A stretch of DNA of 64,000 nt from an uncultured Acidobacteriota bacterium (GTDB taxonomy: Bacteria > Acidobacteriota > Thermoanaerobaculia > Multivoradales > UBA5704). The stretch spans positions 4,896,001-4,960,000 of the forward strand of contig CAVYRF010000002.1 of assembly GCA_963770895.1 (NCBI GenBank), given 5' to 3'. Of this stretch, positions 29,177-40,400 are shown piece by piece. The first letter of the stretch is position 1. Each line of letters starts with the position of its first letter. The notes beneath the pieces were generated by a model, which saw only the letters and a list, made by a program, of their open reading frames with translations, was not told where the DNA came from and searched no databases. A program made the position numbers and the translations under genes.

Positions 29177-30754
29177 ATGCCCAGAGCGAGGATGCTGATG
29201 CGCAAGATACGGGAGTTGTTGAGGTTAAAGTGGGAGCTTGGCTTGTCCCACCGCCAGGCCGAGCGTTCGCTGCAGATCGGCCGCGGGACGGTGGAGAATT
29301 ATCTGCGTCGGGCGGTGGTGGCCGGGCTGAGCTGGGAGGTGGTCGGAGGGCTGAGTGACGAGGAGCTCGAGCAGCGGCTGTTCCCGTCAGCGAGCGCGGC
29401 GCCGCCGCCGGCAGGCAGGGCGGCGCCGGACTGGGCAAAGGTGCATCAGGAGCTCAAGCGCAAGGGTGTGACGCTGGCGCTGCTGTGGCAGGAGTACCGG
29501 GCGACGGACGAGGAGGGTTACGGGTACAGCAGGTTTTGCGAGCTGTATCGGGCCTGGGAGGGAAGGCTCGAGCCGTGCCTGCGTCAAGACGATGCCGGCG
29601 GCGAGAAGCTCATCGTCGACTACGCCGGGCAGACGGTTTCGGTGCACGACGCCGCCACGGGTGCAAGCCGGGAAGCCGCGATTTTCGTCGCGGTGCTCGG
29701 GGCGAGCACCTACACCTACGTGGAGGCGACGTGGAGCCAGGGTGTGGAGGACTGGATCGGCTCTCATGTCCGGACGTTCTCCTACCTCGGTGGGGTCAGC
29801 GAACTGGTGATTCCGGACAATCTCAAGAGCGGCGTCACCAAGCCCTGTCGCTACGAGCCGGACGTCAACCGTACGTATGCGGAGATGGCCGAGCACTACG
29901 GTGTCGCCGTGATTCCGGCGCGGATCAAGAAGCCGCGCGACAAGGCCAAGGGCGAAAACGGCGTCCTTCAGGTCTCGCGTTGGATCCTGGCGCGACTGCG
30001 GAACGAGAAATTTTTCAGCCTGCGGGAGCTCAATGACCGGATCGGCGAGCACCTGGTCGAGCTCAACGGACGGCCGCTGAAGGTCTTGGGGATCAGCCGG
30101 CGGGAGCTGTTCGAGCGGGTGGATCAGCCGGTGCTTCGCCCCCTGCCACCGACTCCTTATGAGCCGGCTGAGTGGAAGACCGTGCGAGTCGCGCCGGACT
30201 ACCATGTGGAGTTTGAGCTGCATTACTACAGCGTGCCCTATCAGCTTCTGCGCCAGCAGCTCGAGCTACGCGCGACCGCGCAGACGGTGGAGGTGTTTCA
30301 CCGCGGCAAACGGGTCGCGGCTCATCGTCGCGACCCTCGAAAGGGCAAGCACACGACGACGAGCGAGCACATGCCGAAATCTCACCAGGCGTATTTGGAA
30401 TGGACGCCGACGCGACTGATCGAGTGGGCCAAGAAGACGGGCAGCGCCACGGCAGAGCTGGTGGCGGCGATCCTCGCCAGCCGGTTGCACCCTCAGCAGG
30501 GCTTCCGATCGTGTCTCGGCTTGATGCGCTTGGGCGAGCGATACGGCGCTGAGCGGCTGGAGGCCTCGTCCCGACGCGCCCTGGCGATCGAGGGTCTCTC
30601 GTACAAGAGCGTCAAGTCCATCCTCGACCACGGTTTGGACCGGCAGCCACTGGCCGAGCCCGGCGAGAGTCGAGCGCCCGTTGCGCATGGCAACGTGCGG
30701 GGCGCCGGGTACTACGAGAGCGAGCCTCAGACCGAGGAGGCCGGCCCATGCTGA
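29177..30754 (+). CDS. istA: IS21 transposase IstA
   Basis: 525 aa; VDYAG, IPDNLKSGV, PRDKAKGENGV, YYSVPY, HGNVRGAGYY. Confidence 0.95.
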   Translation: MPRARMLMRKIRELLRLKWELGLSHRQAERSLQIGRGTVENYLRRAVVAGLSWEVVGGLSDEELEQRLFPSASAAPPPAGRAAPDWAKVHQELKRKGVTLALLWQEYRATDEEGYGYSRFCELYRAWEGRLEPCLRQDDAGGEKLIVDYAGQTVSVHDAATGASREAAIFVAVLGASTYTYVEATWSQGVEDWIGSHVRTFSYLGGVSELVIPDNLKSGVTKPCRYEPDVNRTYAEMAEHYGVAVIPARIKKPRDKAKGENGVLQVSRWILARLRNEKFFSLRELNDRIGEHLVELNGRPLKVLGISRRELFERVDQPVLRPLPPTPYEPAEWKTVRVAPDYHVEFELHYYSVPYQLLRQQLELRATAQTVEVFHRGKRVAAHRRDPRKGKHTTTSEHMPKSHQAYLEWTPTRLIEWAKKTGSATAELVAAILASRLHPQQGFRSCLGLMRLGERYGAERLEASSRRALAIEGLSYKSVKSILDHGLDRQPLAEPGESRAPVAHGNVRGAGYYESEPQTEEAGPC

Positions 30755-31379
30755 GGCACGCGACTCTGGACCAGCTCCAAGAGCTCAAGCTCAACGGCAT
30801 GGCAAAAGCCTTCGCCGAGCAGCTGTCGATGCACGACGTCTCGGCGCTGAGCTTCGAGGAGCGGCTCGGCTTGTTGGTCGAGCGAGAGGCCGCCGAACGC
30901 TCGAGCCGCCGGCTCACCGCACGACTGCGCAAGGCCAATCTCCGAGAGCAAGCCGTGCTCGAAGACACCGACTGGCGGGCGCGCCGAAATCTCGACAAGG
31001 CGCAGATGCTTCGCCTGGGCTCGTGCCAGTGGATCGCCGACCATCTCAACGTGCTGATCACCGGCAAGGCGGGAGTGGGAAAGACCTTTCTCGCCTGCGC
31101 CTTGGCGCACAAGGCGTGCCGTGAGGACTACACCGCGCTCTATCTACGTGTGCCCAGGCTGTTTCGCAACCTCGCCATCGCCCGCGGTGACGGCAGTTAC
31201 GATCGGTTGCTCAACACCTATGCCCGAGCCGATCTGCTCGTCCTCGACGATTTTGGACTGGTGCCGATCGGCGGTCCAGAGCGGCGGGACCTCTTGGAGA
31301 TCCTCGAGGATCGCTACGGCCGCCGCTCGACGCTGGTCGCCAGCCAGCTGCCGGTGAAGAGCTGGTACGAAATCATCGG

Positions 31380-32783
31380 GAGGTATGGTCAAGAGTTGTG
31401 TTTGAGGGCCGGAGATCAGGCGGCTATCTTCTTGACTCCATCTTCGAATTTCACGCCTGCGATCACGTCTGCAAGTAGCGATGAAGCGCCATTGAGCGCT
31501 CGCCAGCGCTTCTGCGCCGACATCGCGAGCTTGAACACCATCGTCAGACAGGCAAGGCGGCTGCCACTGCCTTTCGTCTTATCGGTGCGCAGGCGGACCG
31601 TGGCAAACGTCGATTCGATCGGGTTGGTCGTGCGCAGGTGGATCCAATGCTCGGCTGGGAAGTCGTAGAACGCCAGCAGCTCGGTCCGGTCGTTGCGCAG
31701 GCAGGTGACCGCCGCGCTGTACTTGGCGCCGAACATGTCGACGAACAGGTCGAAAGCCTGGTCGGCCTCGGCGCGAGTGGCCGCCATCCAGATGTCGTGG
31801 AGCATCGACTTGGCCTTGGCCTGGCTGCTCGTGGGCATCTTGTTGAGGACATTGACTGTTTTGTGCACCCAACAGCGCTGGAGCCGGGTGTTCGGGTAGA
31901 CCTTCGGCAGTGCCTTCCAGAAGCCGAGTGCACCATCGCCGATGGCCAGCTCCGGATCCACCACCAGGCCGCGCGATCGCAAAGCCAGCAGCAGCTCTTG
32001 CCAGGATTGCTCGCTCTCCCGGTACCCATCGGCCACCCCCAGCAGCTCCTTCTTGCCCTCGGCTGTGGCGCCCATGATCACCAGGATGCATTGCCGGCTG
32101 TTACCGGGGCTTTCCAGTCGCACGTTGAAGTACACGCCGTCGGCCCAAAGGTAAACGTAGCGCTGGGCTGCCAGCGAGCGGGCCTGCCAGGCATTGAACT
32201 CGTCCTCCCAGCCGCTCTTCAGACGGCCAATTGTCGTGGCCGAGAGCCCCGGTGCCTGCGGGCCAAGCAGCGCCGCCAAGGCTTCGCTGAAGTCGCCGCT
32301 GCTTACGCCTTTGAGGTACAACCACGGCAACAACTCTTCAAGCGACCGAGTGCGACGCAGGTATTTCGGCAGGATCGACGACTGGAACCCTTCGCGATCG
32401 GCAGGCTGCCGGCGGTCTCGCACGCGAGGCTGCTGCACCGCGATATCGCCCACCGGCGTCTGTAGCTTCCGCTCCGGCAAATGGCCGTTGCGCACCACCA
32501 CCCGGTGACCAGCCTCGTCGCGCAGCCCCTCGTGGCTCTTCAGGTACTCGGCGACCTCTGCCTCGATCGCCTCGGCGAGCATCTTCCGCGCGCCCTGTCG
32601 CAGAACCTCACCCAACACATCGGAGACTGATTCGCGCGGCTCGCCTGGGAACTGGACCAACTTTCCGCTACCATCGTCCATGGTGGCGTACCTCCTGCCC
32701 CTCGGGGCGGAATGGGTGCCTCGAACACACCCAGGGTACGCCGCCTTCTCGCCTACCTCAAACACAAGATCTGGTTATACCTC
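31380..32783 (-). mobile_element. IS256-family element (innermost; different from the 3128 element)
   Basis: 28-bp inverted repeats GAGGTATGGTCAAGAGTTGTGTTTGAGG / GAGGTATAACCAGATCTTGTGTTTGAGG; 9-bp duplication AATCATCGG at 31371-31379 and 32784-32792. Confidence 0.95.
31416..32681 (-). CDS. IS256-family transposase
   Basis: LYLKGVSSGDF, YLWADGVY, IGDGALGFW, QRCWVHK, LRTTNPIESTF. Confidence 0.93.
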   Translation of the reverse strand: MDDGSGKLVQFPGEPRESVSDVLGEVLRQGARKMLAEAIEAEVAEYLKSHEGLRDEAGHRVVVRNGHLPERKLQTPVGDIAVQQPRVRDRRQPADREGFQSSILPKYLRRTRSLEELLPWLYLKGVSSGDFSEALAALLGPQAPGLSATTIGRLKSGWEDEFNAWQARSLAAQRYVYLWADGVYFNVRLESPGNSRQCILVIMGATAEGKKELLGVADGYRESEQSWQELLLALRSRGLVVDPELAIGDGALGFWKALPKVYPNTRLQRCWVHKTVNVLNKMPTSSQAKAKSMLHDIWMAATRAEADQAFDLFVDMFGAKYSAAVTCLRNDRTELLAFYDFPAEHWIHLRTTNPIESTFATVRLRTDKTKGSGSRLACLTMVFKLAMSAQKRWRALNGASSLLADVIAGVKFEDGVKKIAA

Positions 32784-33476
32784 AATCATCGGCGACCCTA
32801 CCCTCGCGGACGGCATCCTCGACCGGCTCGTCCACGGCGCCTACGCCGTCGAGATGGATGGCGAATCGATGCGCGGCAAGCGCCGGAAGGCGGTCGTCAA
32901 CGACGACACGGATCCATCGTGAGCCGCCTTGACGAAATCCGCAAGCTCCTGTGGAAAGTCACCCCCTCTTCCCCCGGCACCCCCATCACCCCCGGCCGGA
33001 GGTCTGCCGGCCTATGGAAGGCTGCCCACCCCCGCCCTGCCCCCGGCACCCTCCCACAGGCCTTGGAAAACCGCTTTGCGGTTTCCCACAGCCCTCCGGC
33101 CCCGACGGCGACGAGCCAGACCGCTCTATACTGGAACAAGAAACAAGAGAGGAGATCTCGAGACCTCAAAGTGGACACCTTCAACTGAGGATCACCTGAG
33201 CGTCGCTTCGCTCCGATTGCTGTCCACTTTGGATCGGAACGGCTGTCCACTTTCGCCGGAATACGCATGAGCGTCCTGCGGACCTGTCATCAGCAGCATC
33301 TCGATCCTCTGCGGACCTGTACCCAGCTACTCCGGACGCCTGGAATACCGCCCCACGAGCTGCTGCCGGCGCCGCCGTGAGCCTCGCGGCCGACGCTCCA
33401 GGCGCCAGTGGCTTCACATTGCGCTCGAAATACTGAGCTGTCCAAGATCTCGGTCGGTAAACAGGTACGCTCCATT

Positions 33477-34345
33477 TTCCATTGACGCAGACGATAGCCG
33501 TTGCTGCCCCCACCATCAGCGGTGATGAGAAGAGTCCTTGCCTTGGGATAGAGCCGCCGCCCTTCGGCGCGCCACCAACCGCGAATCGACGCCACCGCGA
33601 AGGCGCCAGTGTCGTGGTCAATGCCTATCGTCACGAAGCCAGTGTTTCGACCCAGATCGTAGACACCGTACGGGTACGCGCGCGGCACGGAGGGAGCTGG
33701 AAAGTCGTGGACATTGACCCGCTGCGGATCCCCTCCCTTTCGCCACTGCTGGCCCTTGTTCTGGTAGTTGCCGAGGATCTCCTTCTTCTTCGTGTCAACC
33801 GAGATGACCGGCCGCTTTGCAGCCAAGGCTTTGCGCACTTGCTCGTTGATGTATTGAAACTGAGCATCGCGATCCGGATGGCTGCTCCCCTCGTCTGCCT
33901 TCCGGTTGCCTTGAAGGCTGTAGTCCATTTGTCGCAGCAACTGCGCCACCTTCTCATGGCTGACCGGATGGTTCTGAGCCGCAAGTTCCGCGGCGAGGAC
34001 GCGGGTGCTCTTGCTTGTCCAGCGTAGCGGGGACTCTGGGTCGCCGCTCGTCAGCGGCTCCACGAGAGCCTCCAACCGGCTCAGCAGGTCGGGGTCGAGC
34101 ATTTCCAGCGATGGTCGCCCACCGCCTTCGCGCCGGACCCGACCCGCAGGTAGAGGGGCACTCTCGAGTTCCTGTAGACCCTTCGTGATTGTGACGCGAG
34201 ACAAACCGCATGCCCGACTGACCGTCGACACACCGCCATGCCCCAGTTGACGAGCCTCGCTCGCCGCAAAGAGTCGTCGTGCACGCTCGTCCAGATGGGG
34301 CCAGAGGAGAGCCACCTTTTGCTGAAGCGATCGAAGATCTGTCAT
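33477..34345 (-). pseudogene. ISAzo13 transposase, N-terminal part
   Basis: LDERARRLFAA, GDPESPLRWTSKS, HPDRDAQF, ISVDTKKKE, ITADGGGSNG; cut at RQWKME. Confidence 0.92.
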
Positions 34346-34402
34346 CTCCAAATCGTTGTATCACCATCTCCACGGCATGTCAATGTTATTTATTGACGCT
34401 GC

Positions 34403-37400
34403 CTAACTCGGTGGTTCCGGCGAGTTGTCTGGGCTCGGTGGCTGAGGCTCGGTCGGATTGGGTGTTGGCTTCTGATCTGGCATAATATTGACACGCGTAT
34501 TCTCGCTAGGCTTCCCCCCTTCCCCCGCCTCAAAGTGTCCGTGAAGCTGAGGGGCTTTGACTTCGTGGGACCCAAATCTAATGATTCTGGTGCCGTCCGC
34601 TGAGACATATCGACCTGGTGAGACCTCAGTGTACCCATCACCTAGGTATTGTAGCGCGGCATCGAGAAATTCGGACTCTGATACGCTACCTCCGAAATAT
34701 TCTGGTGCACGCCCCTTTGGCGTAGAGCTACGAAGGTTTAACCCTGTATTATCGCCTGACTGACCCTCCGGCCGAAGTGTTTCCCAAGGACTCTGGGTAT
34801 CGGATTTTGGCGCAGCACTCTTGCGCAAAACAAAGTCGCCAAGGCGAATATCGCCGTCTTCACCTTCGAGGGTAGAGTCGCCGTCCGGAGTGCTCTTTGT
34901 TGCCGGAGGTGCGGGAGCCTCGATCTCTGTGCCGCTTGGGAAGATACTTGGTGTTTTACCCCCGCCGGCGGTGAAGCCGTGGATTGCGGCTCCGAGAACG
35001 GCACCGCCGACGGCAGATCCGGCGTATGTGCCTAAGCTTGAGACTTGGCCTTCGATTGCGTCACTGGTCCCTTGGCCGGCAAGGCCTCCGACGGCTCCTC
35101 CCACGGCCGTTGCGGTGATTGCACCGGCTCCCGCCGCTGCGGCTGCCGCTGTAGCGACTCCTCCTGTCGCTGCGCCCACGGCGGTGACCGCGAATGTTTT
35201 CGCGGCAAACTTCAACTCCTTCTTGACTTCTTTGTCGACTCCTTTGGCGACCTGAGTGAGGGTGGTGGCGTTGATGGCGTCGCCGATGCCGGCTTTGACC
35301 ATGATGGCGTCGGCTTCGGCGGGGGTGAGGCCGCCTTGTTGGACAAGGGCCAGATGGAAGGCGACGGGATCTTTCTTGGCTTGGGCTGTTGTTACGGCTT
35401 GGCGGTGGTCATTTTCATCGACGATGAAGGTCGTGCCCTGCTTGTTGACGGATGCCGCACGGCCATCAGGATCCAGGTACACGGTTGGGTTGGCGTAGGC
35501 GTAGAGGTAGCGGTGGAGGCTCGGTGGGTTGTCGGTTTTGCCGTCGGCGGGGTCTTCGGTTAGGAAGCGGCCGATGGTGGGGTCGTAGAAGCGGGCTTTG
35601 AAGTAGTACAAGCCCGTCTCGATGTCGAGCTCGTGGCCAGTGAAGGCGAAGGCGTTGAAGCTCCCGCCACTCGTCGAGCGGTAGTTGCCCCAGGCGTCGT
35701 ATTGATAGGTGGCCCGGAGGCTGCCGGTGGTGGTGGTGAGGTCGGTGATCGAGCCCAAGGCGTCGAAGAGGTAGAAGGAGCGGCCTTCGGTCTGCTGGTT
35801 TTGGGAGAGGAGGCGGTCGGGGCCGTAGTCGTATTTGGCGAGGGTCTGATTGTTGGCGTCGGTTTCCAGGAGGACGGATTTGTCGTCGAAGGTGTAGTGG
35901 ATGTAGCCGAGGGCGCCCTGCTTCAGGACTCTCAGGCCCTTGTAGTCGTACTCGTAGGTGCCCAGCGTCGAAGAGGCTTGCGAAACGGCGGTGAGCTGGT
36001 CGCGGACGTCGTAGTGGAAGGTGGTGGTGGTGCTGTTTTGGGTCTTTGCGAGCTGGTTGCCGTTGGCGTCGAAGGTGTAGGCGATGCTTTGCGCGCTGTT
36101 GAGGTTGTCGGTGAGGGTGGTGAGCTGGTGGCGCGCGTTGTAGGTCAGGGTGTGGTTGGTGAGGGGGGAGCTGTCGGCGTTGCTGGTGGCTTTTTCGGTG
36201 GTGCGGTCGCCGACCTTGTCGTAGGTGTAGGCGACCTGCTGGTCGGGGTAGGCGACGCCGGTGAGGCGGTCGGCGGGGTCGTAGGTGTAGGTGGTGGTCT
36301 GGCCTGCGGCGGGGCCGTTGGCGCGGATTTCAAGCTGGCTTGTGCGGTTGCTGTCGGGGTCGTACTGGTATTGGAAGTGGCTGAGGACGGTCGCGGCGCC
36401 GAGGCGGTTTTCCTGGACCTGGATGCGGGCGGCGGCGTCGTAGGTGGTGTTTTCGTTGGTGCCGTTGGGGTAGGTGACGGTCTGGATGCGGCTGTCGCGC
36501 AGGTAGGCGTAGTTGGTGATGCCGGCTCCGTTGACGTTGACGGCGGTGAGGCGGTTGAGGGCGTCGTAGGTGTAGCGGGTGACCAGGTTGTCGGGGTCCT
36601 GGAGGCTGGTGCGGTTGCCGTTGGGGTCGTAGGTGTAGGCGAGGGTGAGGCCGTAGCGATCGGTGACGGTGAGGAGGCGATCGAACAGATCGTAGGTGTG
36701 GGCGGTCTGGCGGGTGTGTGGGGCGCCGGACCAGGTTTCCTGGATCGCCGTGGGGTTGTTGTTGGGATCGTAGGTGAGGGCGATGGACTGGAGGTCGTCG
36801 GTGGTGGGCGGCGCCGGGGGCGGATAGGTGGCGAAGGTCTGGCGGTCGATGGCGTCGTAGGCGTAGGCGATGGTCTGGCCGTCGGCGTCGGTGAGGCCGG
36901 TGCGGTTGCCGTTGGGGTCGTAGGCGTAGGACTCGACGGCATTGTCGGGGTAGGTCTTCTGGGTGACTCGGTTGAGGATGTCGTATTGCCAGGCGGTGGT
37001 CTTGGATTCGCCGTCGGTGGTGGTGAGGCGATTGCTGTCCAGGTCGTAGGTGTAGCTGGTGCGATCGCCCACGGGGTCCTGGACGGCGGTGAGGCGGTTG
37101 GCCGCGTCGTAGGTGTAGGTCCAGGGTTGGCCGGGGAAGGCGGGGCGCTGTCTCTGGATGCGGTTGCCGTCGCCGTCGTAGGCGTAGGTGGTGGTGTCGC
37201 CGGCGTTGTCGGTTTCGGTGAGGAGGTGGCGCCGCAGGTCGTGGGTGTAGGTGGTGACGCGGCCTTCGGGGTCGGTGGCGTTGGCGCGGTCGCCCATGGT
37301 GTCCAGGGTGAAGGTGGTGATGGCGGCCAGCGGGCGCTCTTCGGCGGTCTGCAGGTTCCTTTCGTCGTATTCGTAGCCGGTGGTGTTGCTGTTGGCGTCG

Positions 37401-40400
37401 GTGACGAAGCGGCGGTTGCCGGCGGGGTCGTATTGGATGGTCTGCAGCAGCACTCCAGCCTTGGTAGTCTGGGTGAGGCGCCCTTCGGGGTCGTAGGTGT
37501 GGGAGCTGAGGGTGCCGCGGCGGTCGACTTCGGTGAGCTTGCTGCCCAGGCCGTCGTAGGTGAAGGTCTGGGTGTAGGCCAGCGGCTGCGGGGCGGTGGT
37601 CAGGATCAGCCGGTTGAGGGAGTCGTAGGCGAAGGCGGTGGTCTGGCCCTTGCGATCGGTCTGCGCCAGGCGGTTGCCGACGGCGTCGTAGGTGACGGTG
37701 GTGGTGTAGGCGAAGGGCTGCGGGTCGGTGGTCTGCACCAGGCGGTCGAGGCGGTCGAACTGATAGGTGGTGATCGACCCGCGCGGATCGGTTTCCGCGA
37801 CCTGGTTGCCGGCCACGTCCCAGGCCTTGGTGACCGTGCGGCTGGCGGGCAGATCCTGCTCGACGAGGCGGTGCAGCGCGTCGTAGTGGTCAGTGGTGAG
37901 GTTGCCGTTGGCGTCGGTCTGGGTGGTGGGGTCGCCGTTGGCGTCGTAGGTGGCGGCGCTGACGGCTCCGATCGTGTCGGTCGTCGCGATCAGGCGGTTG
38001 AGCGCATCGTAGGCGTGGGTGACGGCGTTGCCGTTGGGGAGCTGCTCGGAGATGCGGTTGTTGACCAGGTCGTAGCCGTAGGTGGTGACCAGGCTGCGGT
38101 TGGGCTGCGTGACCCGGTTGAGCAGCACGGTCGTCTGGGTGAGACGGTTGCGCGCGTCGTAGGCGAAGTTGGTGGTGTTGAGGAGCGGATCGATCTTGCG
38201 CGTGGTGTTGCCGTCGGCGTCGTATTCGAAGGTGGTGGTGTCGCCGAGCGAATCGGTGCGCTGGACGGCGCGGTTGAGGGGGTCGAAGACGGCGGTGTGG
38301 ACGCGGTCCTGCGGCTGGTTGCGCTGGCGCTCGCTGACCAGGTTGCCGTTGCCGTCCCAGGTGTCGACGGTCTCGGTGGGGGAGCCCGTCTGCCAGGGCG
38401 GCAGGTCCTTCTGGAGCATGCGGTTGAGCTCGTCGTAGGTGATCGTGGTGAGGCGCCCCAGCGGGTCCTGCTGCTGCGTGACGTTGCCGTTGCCGTCCAA
38501 GGTGAAGAGGGTCGACACGAGGCCCGAGTCGCTGGTGCGGTCGGTGCGGATGCGGCGGTTCAAGCCGTCGTAGGTGTGATGGGTGACGCGCGTGCTGAAA
38601 CCCGGCTGCGAGGAGTCGCTCAGGGTTTCGCTGGCGACGTTGCCGACCCCGTCGTAGGTGTAGGCGGTGGTCTTGCCGAGCGGTTCGGTGCGCCCTGCCA
38701 GCCGCTCGGCGTCGTCGTATTGGAAGGTGGTGTCGTGGCGCGGCGACGCGCTGTCGAACCAGTCGGTTTCGAGCGTCTTGTTGCTGGCCAGGTCGTACTG
38801 GTAGAGCTTGGTGCCGGCGGCGGCGTTGTCGATCTGCACCGGCCGCCCCTGCAGGTCGGAGGTGGTCGTCGTCACCCGCCCCAGGGCGTCGGTCCTGGTG
38901 ACGACGTCGCTGACGTCGTCGTAGGCGGTGGTTTCGACGGCCGGAGCGCTGCCGACCAGGGGGTAGGTCTTGCTGGTGACCCGGTTGAGCGTGTCGTAGG
39001 CGAAGCTGGTGACGTTGCCGTTGGGATCGGTCTGGGTGAGCGGCAGGCTGCGCACGCTCCAGGCGGTTGCGGTGACGCCGCCCAGCGGGTTCTTGCTGGT
39101 GGCGAGGTTGCCGTAGGCGTCGTAGGTAAAGGCCGTGGTGTTGCCGCGCGCGTCGGTGGTCGAGGCGCGGTCGCCGCTCGGCAGGTAGGTGTTGCCGATG
39201 GTCAGGATCTGCTGGTTGCCCGAATCGTCGTGGACGGTGACCTGCTGCTGCGTCAGGTTGCCGGCTCCGTCGTAGGTGTACGACGTGGTGACGCCGTTGC
39301 GGTCGGTGCGGGTGGCGACGCGCTGCTTGATGTAGGGCGGCGTGAAGTTGGCCGGCGGCTCGTAGGTGGTCTGGATCGAATAATTGTGGGTCTGCCCCTG
39401 GACGTCGGTGACGGCGACCGCTTCCGACACCTGGTTGCCGTAGGCGTCGTAGGTGTAGCTGGTGGTGACGCCGTTGGCGTCGGTGCGGCTGGTCATCAGC
39501 ACGTCGTCGACCGCCCAGGTCATCTGGGTGGTGTCCTGCAGCGGATCGACGATCTGCAGCGCGCTGCCGTACTGGTTGAGGGTGTAGGTGGTGAGCTTGC
39601 CGCGCGGGTCGCTGACGCCGACCCCCAGGCCTTGCGAGGCGCGGCTGACCAGGTCCGGCAGGTCGTAGCTGAACTGCGTGACGCCGCCCATCGGCTCGGT
39701 GAGCTGGGTGACGTTCCAGCTGGGCACCTGGACGTTGCCCTGCAGGCCGATCGCCGCCGCCCCGTACTGGTAGGTCGTGGTCGCGGTGTCGAGCTGGTTT
39801 TCGGCGGCGATCAGCTTGTGGCGCAGCGCCAGCCCGTACGACGGCGGCACGGCGTAGGTGTAGGTCTCGACGCGGCTGCCGCCCTCGCGGCTGGCCTCGG
39901 TGAGGTTGCCGTAGCCGTCGTACTGGAAGCTCATCGCCATGCCGTCGGGGCCGGCGACCTGACTGATCAGCGACCGCTGCTCGCCGGTCGGCTGCATGGC
40001 TGTCTTCTGGTAGGTGAAGGCGAGGGCGCGGCCGGCGTCGTCGGCGACGGTGAGCAGCAGCGGCGGCTGGGTGGGGTCGCTGGTGTCGTAGGTGAGCCGC
40101 GTGGTGAGGCCGTTGGGATCGGCGACGTAGGAGAGCGGGAACTCGGAGGGGGCGCCCGAGGTGCCGGGGATGAAGTGATAGCGCAGCCCGGACTTGCTGT
40201 AGAAGTCGAAGCTGCCGTCGGCGCTGTTGGCGACCAGGCTGCCGTGGTAGCCGCGCAGCGGCGTGAAGTTGCCGTGGCCGTCGCCGACGAAGCGCATGCC
40301 GGAGCCTTCGCCGCCGATGACGATGACGTCGCCGCAGGGGGTGACGACGATCTTCGAGTCGTAGCTGTGGCTCCAGCCGACGCCGAGCGGGCCGGGCTCG

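Larger units (their letters stand above)
30748..32922 (+). pseudogene. istB: IS21 helper ATPase IstB, split by IS256 (30748..31379 plus 32793..32922)
   Basis: Walker A GKAGVGKT, Walker B LLVLDDFG; WYEIIG joins to DPTLADGILDRLVH across the insertion. Confidence 0.93.
28965..33267 (+). mobile_element. IS21-family element inserted in the IS66 transposase
   Basis: TG..CA ends with repeated AAAGTGGACA boxes; 5-bp duplication TGAGC at 28960-28964 and 33268-33272. Confidence 0.93.
27539..33468 (+). mobile_element. IS66-family element (single-ORF type) inserted in the ISAzo13 transposase
   Basis: Inverted repeats GTATCTGTTTACCG / GTACCTGTTTACCG; 8-bp duplication GCTCCATT at 27531-27538 and 33469-33476. 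Confidence 0.93.
27187..34403 (-). mobile_element. ISAzo13-family element (outermost of the nested stack)
   Basis: Inverted repeats GGCGTCGTCAATAAACAACATT / GGCAGCGTCAATAAATAACATT; 3-bp TAA duplication at 27184-27186 and 34404-34406. Confidence 0.92.

Noticed and set aside
3128-32783. Composite transposon bounded by the two IS256 elements
   Set aside because: They are different elements with different ends, and each has its own intact target duplication.
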